From the IMG/VR virus record IMGVR_UViG_3300035232_000453: a stretch of 64,000 nucleotides of DNA. One strand, written 5' to 3'. The notes beneath the pieces are model-generated. The model was not told the origin of the DNA. It did no database searches and saw nothing but the letters and a program-made list of their open reading frames with translations. Positions 36,778 to 48,300 of the stretch are shown in pieces. This stretch comes from a virus. Position 1 is the stretch's first letter; every line of letters begins with the position of its first letter. Position numbers and translations under genes: made by a program.

Positions 36778-39159
36778 ATGGCAAATACACTAGCGGACAG
36801 AAACAACAATCCAGGTAATATAAGATATAACAGTAACATACCTTGGCAAGAGAAAATACCCGGCGGAGGCGAAGGAGGATTTGAAGGATTCACCACTCCC
36901 GAGCATGGGGTAAGAGCCGCTGCTAAAAATCTATATACATCTCAAGAACGATATGGAAATAATTCAGTAGCGTCTATTGTTTCACAATGGGCACCACCAG
37001 GTGAAAATCCTACGGATGCATACATAAGCAAAGTAGCAAATGATTTGGGCGTTGATCCATATGCTGATCTAGGATCACTAAGAGATAATCCACAACTAAC
37101 CGCAGACTTGGTAAAGTCCATGACAAATATGGAAGGTGGTACTGTTGGCGCTGATGGAAAATACACAGATAACGTAATTAAAAATGGTGTGGCTTTAGCA
37201 AACGGAACACCAGAGTCAGATATTACATTTTCCGAACAAGACACAGACCATAACCCAAATTTATATAGTGAAGCAGAAAACAACACAGATGAAATTGATA
37301 CAAGTGAGGCAGCAGCAGAAAGCAGTTCTAGTAGCATAGCTACTGTAAGTGATATAATTACACCAAACTGGTTAAGTACTGTTGATAGCCCAACTTATAG
37401 GTGGACGTTATACATAGTTGATAACGAAACTTTTAACAATCCAAGCTCACTAGGAAATGATGACGCATTGCTTAATAGCAAGAAAGCATTTATTATTGCT
37501 AAGACAGGAGAGACAACGGAATTTTCTATAGACAACTTTGCATGTATATCAGTTGTTACACCTGGACAACGTCACGGTAATACAACTCCTGGAATAATAC
37601 AATTTGATTTATTTGAGACATTGGGTTTTACGTTTTTAGACAAGGCGCTTAAAGCAGGTATAGTATTAAACAAGCCAGCAAGTTTACATTCTCAGAATTA
37701 TATTTTAAAACTAGAATTTCTAGGAAGAGATGCAGCAACAGGCGGCTCAACAATATATCCAGGAACATTTTTATATCCAGTAAAATTAAATCAAATTAGA
37801 AGTACAACTGGTCCAGAAGGAACACGCTATAATATAGTTGCATGGTCGATAATCAAACATGCACAAACTGAAAGTGTCACTGATACACCGATAACAATAA
37901 AATCTGTAACTACAGTAAAAGATTTTGCTGAAGGTTTAGAAAAGGCATATAATACTGGAATCATAGATGGAATGAATCCAAAAGACTATAAAGAAGGTAC
38001 TCCTCCTCCTAAGCAAATAAAAATTGTATTTGATAAATCATCAAGAATAGTATCACGTCCTAATACAATTACAGCAAAATTAGATAGTTTTGATTTAAAA
38101 TATAATGCATGGGGTGAAGCAGATGGAAGTGGCGGTCCACGTTCGTTTTCAGATGTAAATTCATTTGATGTAACAATAGAAAGAGAAACAAATCTATCAA
38201 TGAGCATTGCAGAGTTGATTGAAAAGAATTGTATACCTTGGCAAAATTATGTTATAAAGTCACAAGAAGAAGGCCTTACTCCGTATATTACAGTAGATCC
38301 AATATATGCATATCCTCCACGTGCACCAAGAAAGTACTATGCTAATTTAGAGCCAATACTAATTACATATCATATTAAAATAGGAATAAGTACTAGTACG
38401 CCAAATCTAAGTATAGCTGAACATAATAAACAATTTAAGGATGCATCCTTTCAAACATCAAAAATTAATTCATTACCTATTGAAAAATCATATACGTTTT
38501 TATATTCTGGATTAAATACAGAAGTAATAAATTATCAAATTGATTTAGAGGGATTGTATGTAGTAGTTGACACTCCTGCTTCTGGAGTATACAGAAACGG
38601 AAAAGATGCAGATGGTGAAGAACAATTTGTTAGCACAGAATTAACGTCTCCTTATTTAGAAGATATACCACAAGGTTCTATTTCATCTGGATTTAATAAT
38701 TTAGTAGTAGGTGGAACTGCAAAAGCAGATTCGGCAGATAATGCACAAGTAAATGAAATTAGTAAAAATAATATTGCAGCGATATCCTCTAGGGCATCAC
38801 AAATGGCAAAGCGTGAATTTGATGCTTATCAGTTTGATTTAGAAATTAAAGGTGATCCGTACTGGATGGGAAATATGCAAGCAACTATCAAAGGAAAACT
38901 ACAAACACCAGATTATAGTACACGCGATGCATTGATAAGTTTTGTACAATACAATCCCAATGCAGATAAGTTGCTCACCGAGCAAACAAAAGGACCAGTT
39001 GATATTGTTTCATCTGGAATATATAAATTAACAAAAATTGAAAGTAGATTTCAAGGTGGACGTTTTACACAATCATTAAGTGGTTACAAGGATGTTACAA
39101 CAAATACAGCATTGGTTTTAAATAAACTAATAGATTTATCAGAAAAAGGCGGAGGTTAA
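36778..39159 (+). CDS. Baseplate hub protein with N-terminal muramidase-like domain
   Basis: RNNNPGNIR...FTTPEHGVRAA...WAPPGENPTDAY N-terminus; C-terminal LEIKGDPYW...GIYKLTKIESRFQGGRFTQ hub-like motif. Confidence 0.7.
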   Translation: MANTLADRNNNPGNIRYNSNIPWQEKIPGGGEGGFEGFTTPEHGVRAAAKNLYTSQERYGNNSVASIVSQWAPPGENPTDAYISKVANDLGVDPYADLGSLRDNPQLTADLVKSMTNMEGGTVGADGKYTDNVIKNGVALANGTPESDITFSEQDTDHNPNLYSEAENNTDEIDTSEAAAESSSSSIATVSDIITPNWLSTVDSPTYRWTLYIVDNETFNNPSSLGNDDALLNSKKAFIIAKTGETTEFSIDNFACISVVTPGQRHGNTTPGIIQFDLFETLGFTFLDKALKAGIVLNKPASLHSQNYILKLEFLGRDAATGGSTIYPGTFLYPVKLNQIRSTTGPEGTRYNIVAWSIIKHAQTESVTDTPITIKSVTTVKDFAEGLEKAYNTGIIDGMNPKDYKEGTPPPKQIKIVFDKSSRIVSRPNTITAKLDSFDLKYNAWGEADGSGGPRSFSDVNSFDVTIERETNLSMSIAELIEKNCIPWQNYVIKSQEEGLTPYITVDPIYAYPPRAPRKYYANLEPILITYHIKIGISTSTPNLSIAEHNKQFKDASFQTSKINSLPIEKSYTFLYSGLNTEVINYQIDLEGLYVVVDTPASGVYRNGKDADGEEQFVSTELTSPYLEDIPQGSISSGFNNLVVGGTAKADSADNAQVNEISKNNIAAISSRASQMAKREFDAYQFDLEIKGDPYWMGNMQATIKGKLQTPDYSTRDALISFVQYNPNADKLLTEQTKGPVDIVSSGIYKLTKIESRFQGGRFTQSLSGYKDVTTNTALVLNKLIDLSEKGGG

Positions 39160-39161
39160 AA

Positions 39162-40370
39162 ATGGCAGGACTAATAAAGCACGACGGTGTGCATGTTTCA
39201 AGTAGAGGCAAACAAAGCAGTGGAGTAGGTGTTAATAATCTCAGCGGAATATACATAGGCGAAGTTATAGATAATAAAGACAGTTTATATACTGGCAGAA
39301 TAACTGTGCGTATATCTGAATTTGGTGCAAAGGATAATGATCGAATTTGCCTATTAGCAGTACCATACGGCGGCCACTCAAAAGTCAATGATAGTGGAGC
39401 AGATGAACAAAATGAAGCAGAAGCACCGCTTAGTTATGGAATGTGGCCACAGCCACCAGAACTAGGATCAAATGTTATTGTTGCATATACAACCAGTCAC
39501 GAAAATGGTGTTGTAATGGGTTCATTGATCTCAAAAGATAGAAATGCTATGATGGGCGGAAGAGCAAGCGGACCAATATATGCAGACGGCGAAACTAGCC
39601 TAGGACCAATTGGTGCTGAGAAAAATCCAAGAGATAAAAATGATGCAGACACAAAACCACTAGATGAATACTTCCAGTCAGTATTAAATCAACAAGGCCT
39701 AAGTGTTGACTATGTTAGAGGACATAGTCAAAGTAGTGCAAGAAGAGAATCACCTAGTAAGGTATTTGGAATTACGACACGCCAAGGACATGTACTGTCA
39801 ATGGACGACGGTGATGACAGTGGTGCTAGTAACAATATTAGATTGAGAACTAGAAGCGGCGCTCAGATTTTAATGGATGATAGTAATGGATTTGTTTTCG
39901 TTACAAATCAATCAGGCGATGCTTGGGTTGAAATGGATGCTTCTGGACATGTAGATGTTTATAGTAAAGCAGGCATAAGCATGCACACTGAAGGCGACTA
40001 TAATGTACACGCTAAAGGTAGTATTAACATGGAAGCCGAAATTGGAGTTAACATAAAAAGTTCAGGCGGCGATGGAATAAAATTAGAAACAACAAGTGGT
40101 GGGATAGATATTTTTAGTGAACTATCTATGCACATAGAATCAAAAGCAAATTATCATTTATTAGTAAGGGGTAATCAAGTTATCAAAGGCGCCAAGATAG
40201 ACATGAACGGACCACAGCCAGAATCTGCTACAAAAACTACAGTACAAAATCAAACACCAAATGATAACGTAAAAACTAGTGTAGCTAGTAGAGTTCCAGA
40301 ACATCATCCTTGGAAGGGTGTTAGTGCAGTCGAAGAAACGTTCACTGCTGGTAAGGGTAATACTGTATAA
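39162..40370 (+). CDS. gp5: Baseplate central spike (gp5/VgrG-like OB fold plus beta helix), no lysozyme domain
   Basis: GEVIDNKDSLYTGRITVRI, GMWPQPPELGSNVIV, RTRSGAQILMDD, GAKIDMN. Confidence 0.8.
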   Translation: MAGLIKHDGVHVSSRGKQSSGVGVNNLSGIYIGEVIDNKDSLYTGRITVRISEFGAKDNDRICLLAVPYGGHSKVNDSGADEQNEAEAPLSYGMWPQPPELGSNVIVAYTTSHENGVVMGSLISKDRNAMMGGRASGPIYADGETSLGPIGAEKNPRDKNDADTKPLDEYFQSVLNQQGLSVDYVRGHSQSSARRESPSKVFGITTRQGHVLSMDDGDDSGASNNIRLRTRSGAQILMDDSNGFVFVTNQSGDAWVEMDASGHVDVYSKAGISMHTEGDYNVHAKGSINMEAEIGVNIKSSGGDGIKLETTSGGIDIFSELSMHIESKANYHLLVRGNQVIKGAKIDMNGPQPESATKTTVQNQTPNDNVKTSVASRVPEHHPWKGVSAVEETFTAGKGNTV

Positions 40371-41077
40371 TGCAATCGTTTAATTTACAATCAACTGTTA
40401 ATAATAAAAACCTAATAGACTATTCTCTATTTAAAGTTTTAGATAGTGTTGCAACAAGCACACAGATACCATTGTCGCAACTAGAAGCAAGTGACAAATT
40501 AATAAACTTAAAACTTAGAACTACTGAATGGCTTGGATATGAAAAAAATTCCATGATAGGATATAAATCAAAAACTGGCTTAGGTGGATCAGGAATAACA
40601 GAACAAGATGCTTATATTGTTTGGATAGAAGATTTTAAAGATAAAGAAAAAAGATTTAAAAAGTTATTTCCATTAACTTCATTAACACAATCACAATACG
40701 ATTCTATGCTAGGTCTATACACAGATACCGGTTCGTTTAGATTTGTTGGTACTGAAAATAGAAAATTTGAACTACAACAATTTATTATTGACGGCAAATG
40801 GGATCATGTCGCTACTGCTTTAACAATTAGCGGCGCAAACAGATTATCGAGACAAGCAGAAGCAAAAATACTAATGCTTGGAGATTACGGAGCAACTAAA
40901 AGTAGAACACTTATTAAGCAACAAGGAATACAAACACTTGTTAAAGAATACAGTAACAAGCAACTATCTGATTTACAATCAAATCAAGCCGAATATGTTT
41001 ATTATGCTGAAACAAAAAGATTTTTACCTAACATGACTGAAAGTAGAAAACAATTACTAGTTAAACAACTCAGTTAA
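40370..41077 (+). CDS. Degenerate GH24 lysozyme-like protein
   Basis: IGY, ITEQDA, LTQSQYDSMLGLY, RQAEAKIL resemble GH24 landmarks; catalytic region looks eroded. Confidence 0.5.
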   Translation: MQSFNLQSTVNNKNLIDYSLFKVLDSVATSTQIPLSQLEASDKLINLKLRTTEWLGYEKNSMIGYKSKTGLGGSGITEQDAYIVWIEDFKDKEKRFKKLFPLTSLTQSQYDSMLGLYTDTGSFRFVGTENRKFELQQFIIDGKWDHVATALTISGANRLSRQAEAKILMLGDYGATKSRTLIKQQGIQTLVKEYSNKQLSDLQSNQAEYVYYAETKRFLPNMTESRKQLLVKQLS

Positions 41078-41126
41078 CTCACTGCATAAATATTTAAATA
41101 CTAATATAATACAAGGAATTTTTATC

Positions 41127-41681
41127 TTGAATAAAAGCGTTTTACTACTTAATGCTGATGGGCAACCATTATCACAAATGCCACTTAGCACAGTTAGTTG
41201 GCAAGATGCAATCAAGGCCATGTGGTCACAAAAAGTACATGTAATTAGAAATTATGATGATGAGTTTCTCCGGTCACCGAGAGTAACTATTCCATACCCA
41301 AGCATTATTATGCTTAACACTTATCACAAACAACCCTCCAAAGCAAAATTCACTCGTAGAAATTTATATGTCAGAGACAAATACTGTTGCCAATACTGTG
41401 GCGATAGGTTTGCTTATGCTGACTTAACAATTGATCATGTTATTCCAAAGTCAAAAGGTGGAAGACTAACATGGGAAAACAGTGTTACTGCTTGTGGTCC
41501 GTGCAATGTAAAGAAAGGCGATAGCTTATATCCTTTACCTATGCAACGACCAACACACCCTTCGTGGTACCAAATAAACTATGCTTACCAGCATCATACA
41601 CTCACAATACCAGACGCAGCCTGGCAAAAGTACATACATTGGCAAGAAGATAAGCTAATTATAGAGCCGTTATCTACCTAG
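41127..41681 (+). CDS. HNH endonuclease
   Basis: RDKYCCQYCG, LTIDHVIPKSKGG, WENSVTACGPCNVKKG; TTG start. Confidence 0.92.
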   Translation: MNKSVLLLNADGQPLSQMPLSTVSWQDAIKAMWSQKVHVIRNYDDEFLRSPRVTIPYPSIIMLNTYHKQPSKAKFTRRNLYVRDKYCCQYCGDRFAYADLTIDHVIPKSKGGRLTWENSVTACGPCNVKKGDSLYPLPMQRPTHPSWYQINYAYQHHTLTIPDAAWQKYIHWQEDKLIIEPLST

Positions 41682-41705
41682 TTAATCTTTTGCATAAATA
41701 GTTGT

Positions 41706-42092
41706 ATGAGTAATAATATATTTGGATATACAACAATTAATCAACCTTATACTAGTAAAAGCCTTAGCGGCTTAGATCTAGCGAAGCAGGACTTATTGAA
41801 TCATTTTAAAATCCGTAAAGGAGAAAAATGGTCAAATCCTGACTTTGGTTGCGACTTAGAATTATATGTGTTTGAACCACTAGACCAAGCAACACAAGAT
41901 GCTATCGAAGAAGAAGTATATAATGTTGTGAGCTATGACCCTAGATTTGAAGTAAACAATTCAGATATAAGTGTAAACCACGACACACATTCAGTAACAG
42001 TTAATGTGAAACTGACTTACCTACCAACAACAACTGCAACAGAGTTGCAGATTAAATTCGATAAAGAATTTACAGAAAACGCAGAGTTTTAA
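41706..42092 (+). CDS. gp25: Baseplate wedge subunit (gp25 family)
   Basis: IRKGEKWSNPDFGC, FEPLD, YDPRF. Confidence 0.9.
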   Translation: MSNNIFGYTTINQPYTSKSLSGLDLAKQDLLNHFKIRKGEKWSNPDFGCDLELYVFEPLDQATQDAIEEEVYNVVSYDPRFEVNNSDISVNHDTHSVTVNVKLTYLPTTTATELQIKFDKEFTENAEF

Positions 42093-42094
42093 TT

Positions 42095-45000
42095 ATGGCA
42101 CAAAAATCAAGACAAAATAGACTATTTGCGGCAGAGGACTTTACAGTAATCTACGAATCATATATCAATGCAAACTTTCAAGCATTTGATTATGATACTA
42201 TTAGAACTGCAATGGTTGACTATGTACGCAATAATTATCCAGAGAACTACAACGACTGGGTAGAATCAGCTGAATTTGTATCACTACTAGATGTAGTTGC
42301 ACAGTTTGGACACAACTTAGCATATCGAGTAGATGTGAATGCGAGGAACAATTTTTTAAGTACCGCAGAAAAACAAGAGAGTGTTTACAAATTAGCAGAA
42401 TTTTTAGGATATCAACCAAGACGCAATGTGCCAGCGTATGGTGAAATGAAAATAGTTAGCGTAAAAACAAACGAGCCAGTTATTGGTAGTGCGGGTATTA
42501 GTTTAGGTGGAACAGATTTAAAGTACGAAGTATCTAACAATGTAAATAATTTAGATGACTTTGTTACTGTAGTAAATGCAGTACTACAAAACAGTAACCA
42601 ATTTGGTAGTCCAAAAAAATCAGTAGTAATTAATAATATAAAAACAGAATTCTACGATTTTAATAATACACCCAATCAGGTTAAATTTGATGCACAAGGA
42701 TCAGTATCTGGTGCAAGTGTTACATTTAATATCATAAGCAGTGACTATGATAATTATACAAGATCATTTACAGAGAAATACCCTGACCCAGTTAATTCAT
42801 TTGGATTATATTATAAAAATGATGGCAAGGGAATAAGCAGTGTCAATACTGGATTCTTTTTTGGATTAAAGCAAGGCTCGTTGCAGTATGAGGATATTGT
42901 GATTAGTGAGCCTATTGACAATGCTTCTTTTGATATTAATGCAACAAACGTAAATAATTCAGATGTATGGGTACAAAATATTAATAGCACAGGAAACGTT
43001 TTAAAGAACTGGACAAAGGTTGTTGACGTTAACAGTAATGTAATTTATAATAATCTAGCACAAGGCGAAAGAGATGTTTTCAGTGTAAAAACTAGAAAAG
43101 ACAATGCAATATCTGTTGTGTTTCCTGATCGTACATTTGGTAACGTTCCAACAGACACATTAAGAGTTTGGTATAGAACAAGTGTTAACAGTACATACAT
43201 TTTAAGACCAGATGACATTGCAACACAAAAAGTACAAATAAATTATACAGGAAGTGATGGCAACAACTACAATGCAGTATTCACTTTACAATTAAAGCAA
43301 TCAATATCAACTGCAAGTTCAAATGAAACATTAGATCAAATTAGAGAAAATGCTCCAAGAAACTATGCTAGTCAAGATAGAATGATTACCGCACAAGATT
43401 ATAATACAATGCTTGGTAATAGTAACGGCGGCATCTTAAAAATTAAAAGTGTAAACAGAACATTTAGTGGACATAGTAGATATTCTAAATTTACAGATCC
43501 AACTGGAACATACAGTAATTTATACTTGCAAGGAAATGACGCAACGTTATATTCTGAAAATAAATTAGTAGCAGTATCGGCTTCAATTTCAGATACGGCA
43601 AATGGGATATATCAAAAATATGTTAAAGATATATTAGACAATGACGAATTCATAAACTTATATTATGATGGATTTAGGTCAGCAACAGAAACTCTTAAGA
43701 CTACTGATCAAACACTTGATTCAAATGGTAACGTTGCAGTATTTACATGGAACAACGAAAGTAATTCTGCAAGTGGTGTACTAAGTGGATATTTAACAGA
43801 CCCAGTAACATCTAACACAACTAGAGTAGGTACAACTGCTACTACATATATGAAACATCTTAAGCCAGGCGCATTAGTTAAATTTGCCGGAGGCAGTGTA
43901 ACGGCTGGTAGTTTTGTTGTGGGAACAGAATATGAAATTACAGTACCAGGCGACACAGACTTTACATTAATCGGATCACCAAACAGTTATGCAGGTACAG
44001 TATTCACTGCCGCAGGTGTCGGAATAGGAACAGGAAAAGTTAAGCCTACTAAAAATATTTGGGCAAAGGTTGTTGACGTAAACAATAATGGACTTGGTGT
44101 AGAAGGAACCGGTGTTAACGCAGGTAAGCCTACAGGGCTACAATCAAATGGAACTGGCGCTATAGTGTTAGATAGAAAAATACCTACTAACAGTACAGTT
44201 GATGTTATCTATCCTGCACTATCGAGAAAATTTTCTAACAGAGAAAAAGATTTATTTATTTCTTATTTTGAAAAGAAAAAGCCATTTAGCATAAAATATA
44301 ACCAACAAAAAACAACATGGGAAATTGATACTACACCTCCTCCATTTTCTCAAAATGATACATACCCAGCTAACTTTAACGTAGCTGATATTGACAACAA
44401 CTGGGTAGTCTATTTTAACTACACAGGTGTGTCTTATGATATCTATATTAGAACAAGAAGATTTATTTTTAATAGTGCATCTACTAAATTGGGAAATATC
44501 CAAAACGAAGTAGAAATAGGCTCGTTTACTAAAAAAGCAAAAAGAGATACTATTACTCTTAAGCAAGTAAACACAGACTTTAGTAACCCACAGTTTATTA
44601 GTGCTGGATCATTTTATGTATATGGATATGATTCTGCAAGTTCAAATGAATACAGACTATCTCTAATTGATAGTAATGCTGATTCAAGACCAGATAATCC
44701 AAATGTATTTTATGATATTGTTGGATTAAGTAACACGTCCGAAACATCAAGTGGAAACAGTGAGAATGGTAAAATAAACAACCAATTCGAATGGGAGCAT
44801 ATTGCTGCTGATAATCAAGTTGTTGATCCTAGTTTCACTAATGTTATTGATGTGTTTGCATTATCAAAATCATATGATACTGAATACAAGAATTATCTAA
44901 AAGGCGCAACAACTACAGTACCTACTCCGCCAACTAGTTATGAACTAGGAACACAATTCACAGGCGTAGTGGACAAAAAAGCAGTAAGTGACACCGTTGT

Positions 45001-45391
45001 ATATAAACCAGTTAAGTACCGACCGTTGTTTGGTACACATGCTGATCCACAGCTTAAAGCTAGATTTAGAATTATTAAACTATACGGCTCAAATGTTACA
45101 GATACTGATTTAAAAACAAAAACAGTAGATGCAATTGATTCATTTTTTAATTCGAGTAATTGGGACTTTGGTGAAACTTTTTACTTCACTGAATTAGCTG
45201 CATATGTACATAAAGAACTAGCAGGACTATTGAGTAGTTTTGTTATTGTACCACAAGGTGCAGGAAGTGTATTTGGCGATATGTTTGAATTTACGCCAAA
45301 CGCAGACGAACTTATTATTGCAGATGTAAATGTCAATGACGTTGATATTATTACAAATATTACAGATGCAAATATTAAAGCAGGAACATAA
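42095..45391 (+). CDS. gp6: Baseplate wedge subunit (gp6 family)
   Basis: FDYDTIR, LAEFLGYQP, ETLDQIRENAP...QDRMITAQDY motifs. Confidence 0.88.
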   Translation: MAQKSRQNRLFAAEDFTVIYESYINANFQAFDYDTIRTAMVDYVRNNYPENYNDWVESAEFVSLLDVVAQFGHNLAYRVDVNARNNFLSTAEKQESVYKLAEFLGYQPRRNVPAYGEMKIVSVKTNEPVIGSAGISLGGTDLKYEVSNNVNNLDDFVTVVNAVLQNSNQFGSPKKSVVINNIKTEFYDFNNTPNQVKFDAQGSVSGASVTFNIISSDYDNYTRSFTEKYPDPVNSFGLYYKNDGKGISSVNTGFFFGLKQGSLQYEDIVISEPIDNASFDINATNVNNSDVWVQNINSTGNVLKNWTKVVDVNSNVIYNNLAQGERDVFSVKTRKDNAISVVFPDRTFGNVPTDTLRVWYRTSVNSTYILRPDDIATQKVQINYTGSDGNNYNAVFTLQLKQSISTASSNETLDQIRENAPRNYASQDRMITAQDYNTMLGNSNGGILKIKSVNRTFSGHSRYSKFTDPTGTYSNLYLQGNDATLYSENKLVAVSASISDTANGIYQKYVKDILDNDEFINLYYDGFRSATETLKTTDQTLDSNGNVAVFTWNNESNSASGVLSGYLTDPVTSNTTRVGTTATTYMKHLKPGALVKFAGGSVTAGSFVVGTEYEITVPGDTDFTLIGSPNSYAGTVFTAAGVGIGTGKVKPTKNIWAKVVDVNNNGLGVEGTGVNAGKPTGLQSNGTGAIVLDRKIPTNSTVDVIYPALSRKFSNREKDLFISYFEKKKPFSIKYNQQKTTWEIDTTPPPFSQNDTYPANFNVADIDNNWVVYFNYTGVSYDIYIRTRRFIFNSASTKLGNIQNEVEIGSFTKKAKRDTITLKQVNTDFSNPQFISAGSFYVYGYDSASSNEYRLSLIDSNADSRPDNPNVFYDIVGLSNTSETSSGNSENGKINNQFEWEHIAADNQVVDPSFTNVIDVFALSKSYDTEYKNYLKGATTTVPTPPTSYELGTQFTGVVDKKAVSDTVVYKPVKYRPLFGTHADPQLKARFRIIKLYGSNVTDTDLKTKTVDAIDSFFNSSNWDFGETFYFTELAAYVHKELAGLLSSFVIVPQGAGSVFGDMFEFTPNADELIIADVNVNDVDIITNITDANIKAGT

Positions 45392-45393
45392 TA

Positions 45394-48300
45394 ATGGCTA
45401 AGAAAAAAGCAGGCAAACAACAAGTCAATAATATAAAAACTAGTAATTTTTTACCAAATGTTTTTCAAACAGACTTAAATAAAAATTGGTTAGACAGTAC
45501 ACTAGATCAAATGGTGTCAAAGGGACCATTAGATGATATAGATGTATTTGTTGGTAGTAGAAAAGGTGATGTAGCTGAAAGTGGTGATGTATACTTAGAA
45601 CCAAAAGTTTATAAAGACCTGCAACGAACTACACAACTTTCTCCTGGAATTGTTGCATATAACAACTCAGGAAAAACAACAAACACTATTACATTTGATG
45701 ACGTAGCTCATTCAATCAATCAAAACTTTAGTACATATAATTATAATTCTGCATACGCCTCACATAAGTATGGATTTAACCCACCAATTGATATTGATAA
45801 ATTTGTTAACTATGTAAACTATCGTTGGGTAGAAGAGTTGCCTATATACGAAAGTATATATACAGGAAGTACAGTAAATCCATTAACAGAAATTAATACT
45901 AATAACATGTCAACTATAACAGATGATAATAATTCTTTTGTACTTGAAAATCAAATGCTTATTAAGTTCACTGGCAGTGGTTGGCATACTGACGTTTTAA
46001 ACAAAACATATATTGTTACAGGTAGTGTATCAAAATATACATTACGTGAATATATCAGCAATGACGGTATAAGTCGAGTATATGAAAATAATGTTAAGCA
46101 CAGTGTTTCTGCAAACGGTGTATGGTTTAATAAAATATTATACAATGCAGAATTAAACTCGGCATATGGAGCAAGTAGTACTCCAGAACAATTAGTAGAT
46201 GATTATAATAATACACCTGTTAACAGTAGATTACCATTCTTTGATGGGTTTGATTTCCCACAGTTAGAATCTAACACTACTGTTCTTGATAAAGATATAC
46301 TTGTAAAATTTACAGGCACCTGGACACATGGCAGTGGAACAAACAATAATGATATATTTTCATTAACAATTAATGCTACTACTGGCAACGTATCTATATT
46401 ACCAGCAACTACTCAACAAATTACTTTAGCAGAAACAACACTATCACCGGATAATAATTTAATGTATAACGATGGTATAGTAATCTCACCAGACAAAGAT
46501 TACATTGTTGTTAACAAAAATGACTCATATCAATCTGCATGGAGTAGAAATAATCATTGGGTAAACATAAGCACAATTAATAAACTACAAGAATTAATCA
46601 CTGGATATGATTTTACTGAAATAAGAAATAAACAAAGAATAGCACTTAGACCAATTATTGAATTTAATGCATCAATTGAATTTTATACCCATGCTGGATA
46701 TAAGCAAGATCAGTATGTTGGTGCAGTTACACACGGTATTAAACAAAATGATAGTGTACCAACCGGAGCAGGTGAAACATATGTATATGTTGATAATCAT
46801 ATTCCGTCAGGAACTGATCATAAAATTTATGTAGTTGGTGGCACAGACATAGTACTAGAAGAAAATGACACATTTACTATTAATAATGCCGTCGACACTA
46901 CATATAAAAATGCAGACATGTATTTCACAGATAAAATTAAATTTGCTCAACAAAAGCACACAGTCAATCAAAATCCACTTTATAGCTTTTACAATCACTA
47001 CGGAAACTACCTAGGATCAATAAATGGTAAAAAGTTTGATGGAGATAAAATATTTGGCTACAAAATTGGAACAGGCGCAAACGACACTGAACTAGGATTT
47101 CCATTAAGTTATAAAGACACTCCAAAGGGAGCTGAGTATGAATTTGAAAACTTTATTATAACACAAAAATATTATAGTAATTATGCAAATTCTGAGTATT
47201 CAAGAGGAACATATTCAAAAGATCAAATTGGTTTTAATTTGTTTAAACAACATGGTGTATTAAAATCAATATATGCACCATCTGGTGATCCTGCTGGCGC
47301 ACACGAACACAAACAATATAAAATTAATGCTGCTGACGATTCTTTTGTAATACCGTATGGATGGGATAACTGGAGACAGGATGATGAATTTGTTGTTCAT
47401 CAAGAACTTGAGACATTTGTACTTACAAGAAAAAATATCAGTGGAAATAATAACTTAATAGATCAAACACACCAAGTATATACAGTAGGCGAAAGTCAAG
47501 AAATTAAATTTACTAACCTGACTGGAGACACTTTATACATAAAATCACATGGATCTGTTATTTCAGATAACTCAGCTTCGTGGGTAGACACTTATACATC
47601 TTCTGGAAGCATAACAACATTAACAACTAGTGCATCAAGTAACGACACATATTTTGATATATATCTAGACAACGAATTGGTACAATGTTTTATTGTGTCA
47701 AAACAATATGACCAACCATTTTACAAAATAACACAAAATGGGAATCCAATATCTCCTAGTAATATTACAGTTACAAATTCTTCGATTACATTAGATCAAA
47801 GTATTCTTGTAGAAAATGACTTAATTGATTTTGAATGGACTAACAATGATCTAAATAATAGTACACTTAATGTAAGCATGCCAGATGTACACAAACATAA
47901 TGCAAACAATGATATATTGGAAACATTTACAATTAGTCAAACTTTAAATCATTGGAAAGACAAACTAAATGTTATGCCAGGATTTGATAATAACACATTT
48001 GGCGAAAATAATTATGCCAGCGTTCCACATACTCCATATTATGGCGGTACAATCTTTTTACACGAAGATCTAAGTATAATGCACGATATCAACTATGCTG
48101 ATACTAAGCTATCTATTACTGGTTCGTTACTCGAACAGGGTACAGAGTTTGTTGCATTTAGACAACGAGTATCAGATGCGGCAAGGAAAATTTGGACCAA
48201 AACCGGCGCTATGACAATACAACAATTAACTGATAATGCTATTGGTTCAGTAACAAAAGTAAAACCAATTTATACCAACTCAAACATGCTTGTACTTCAA

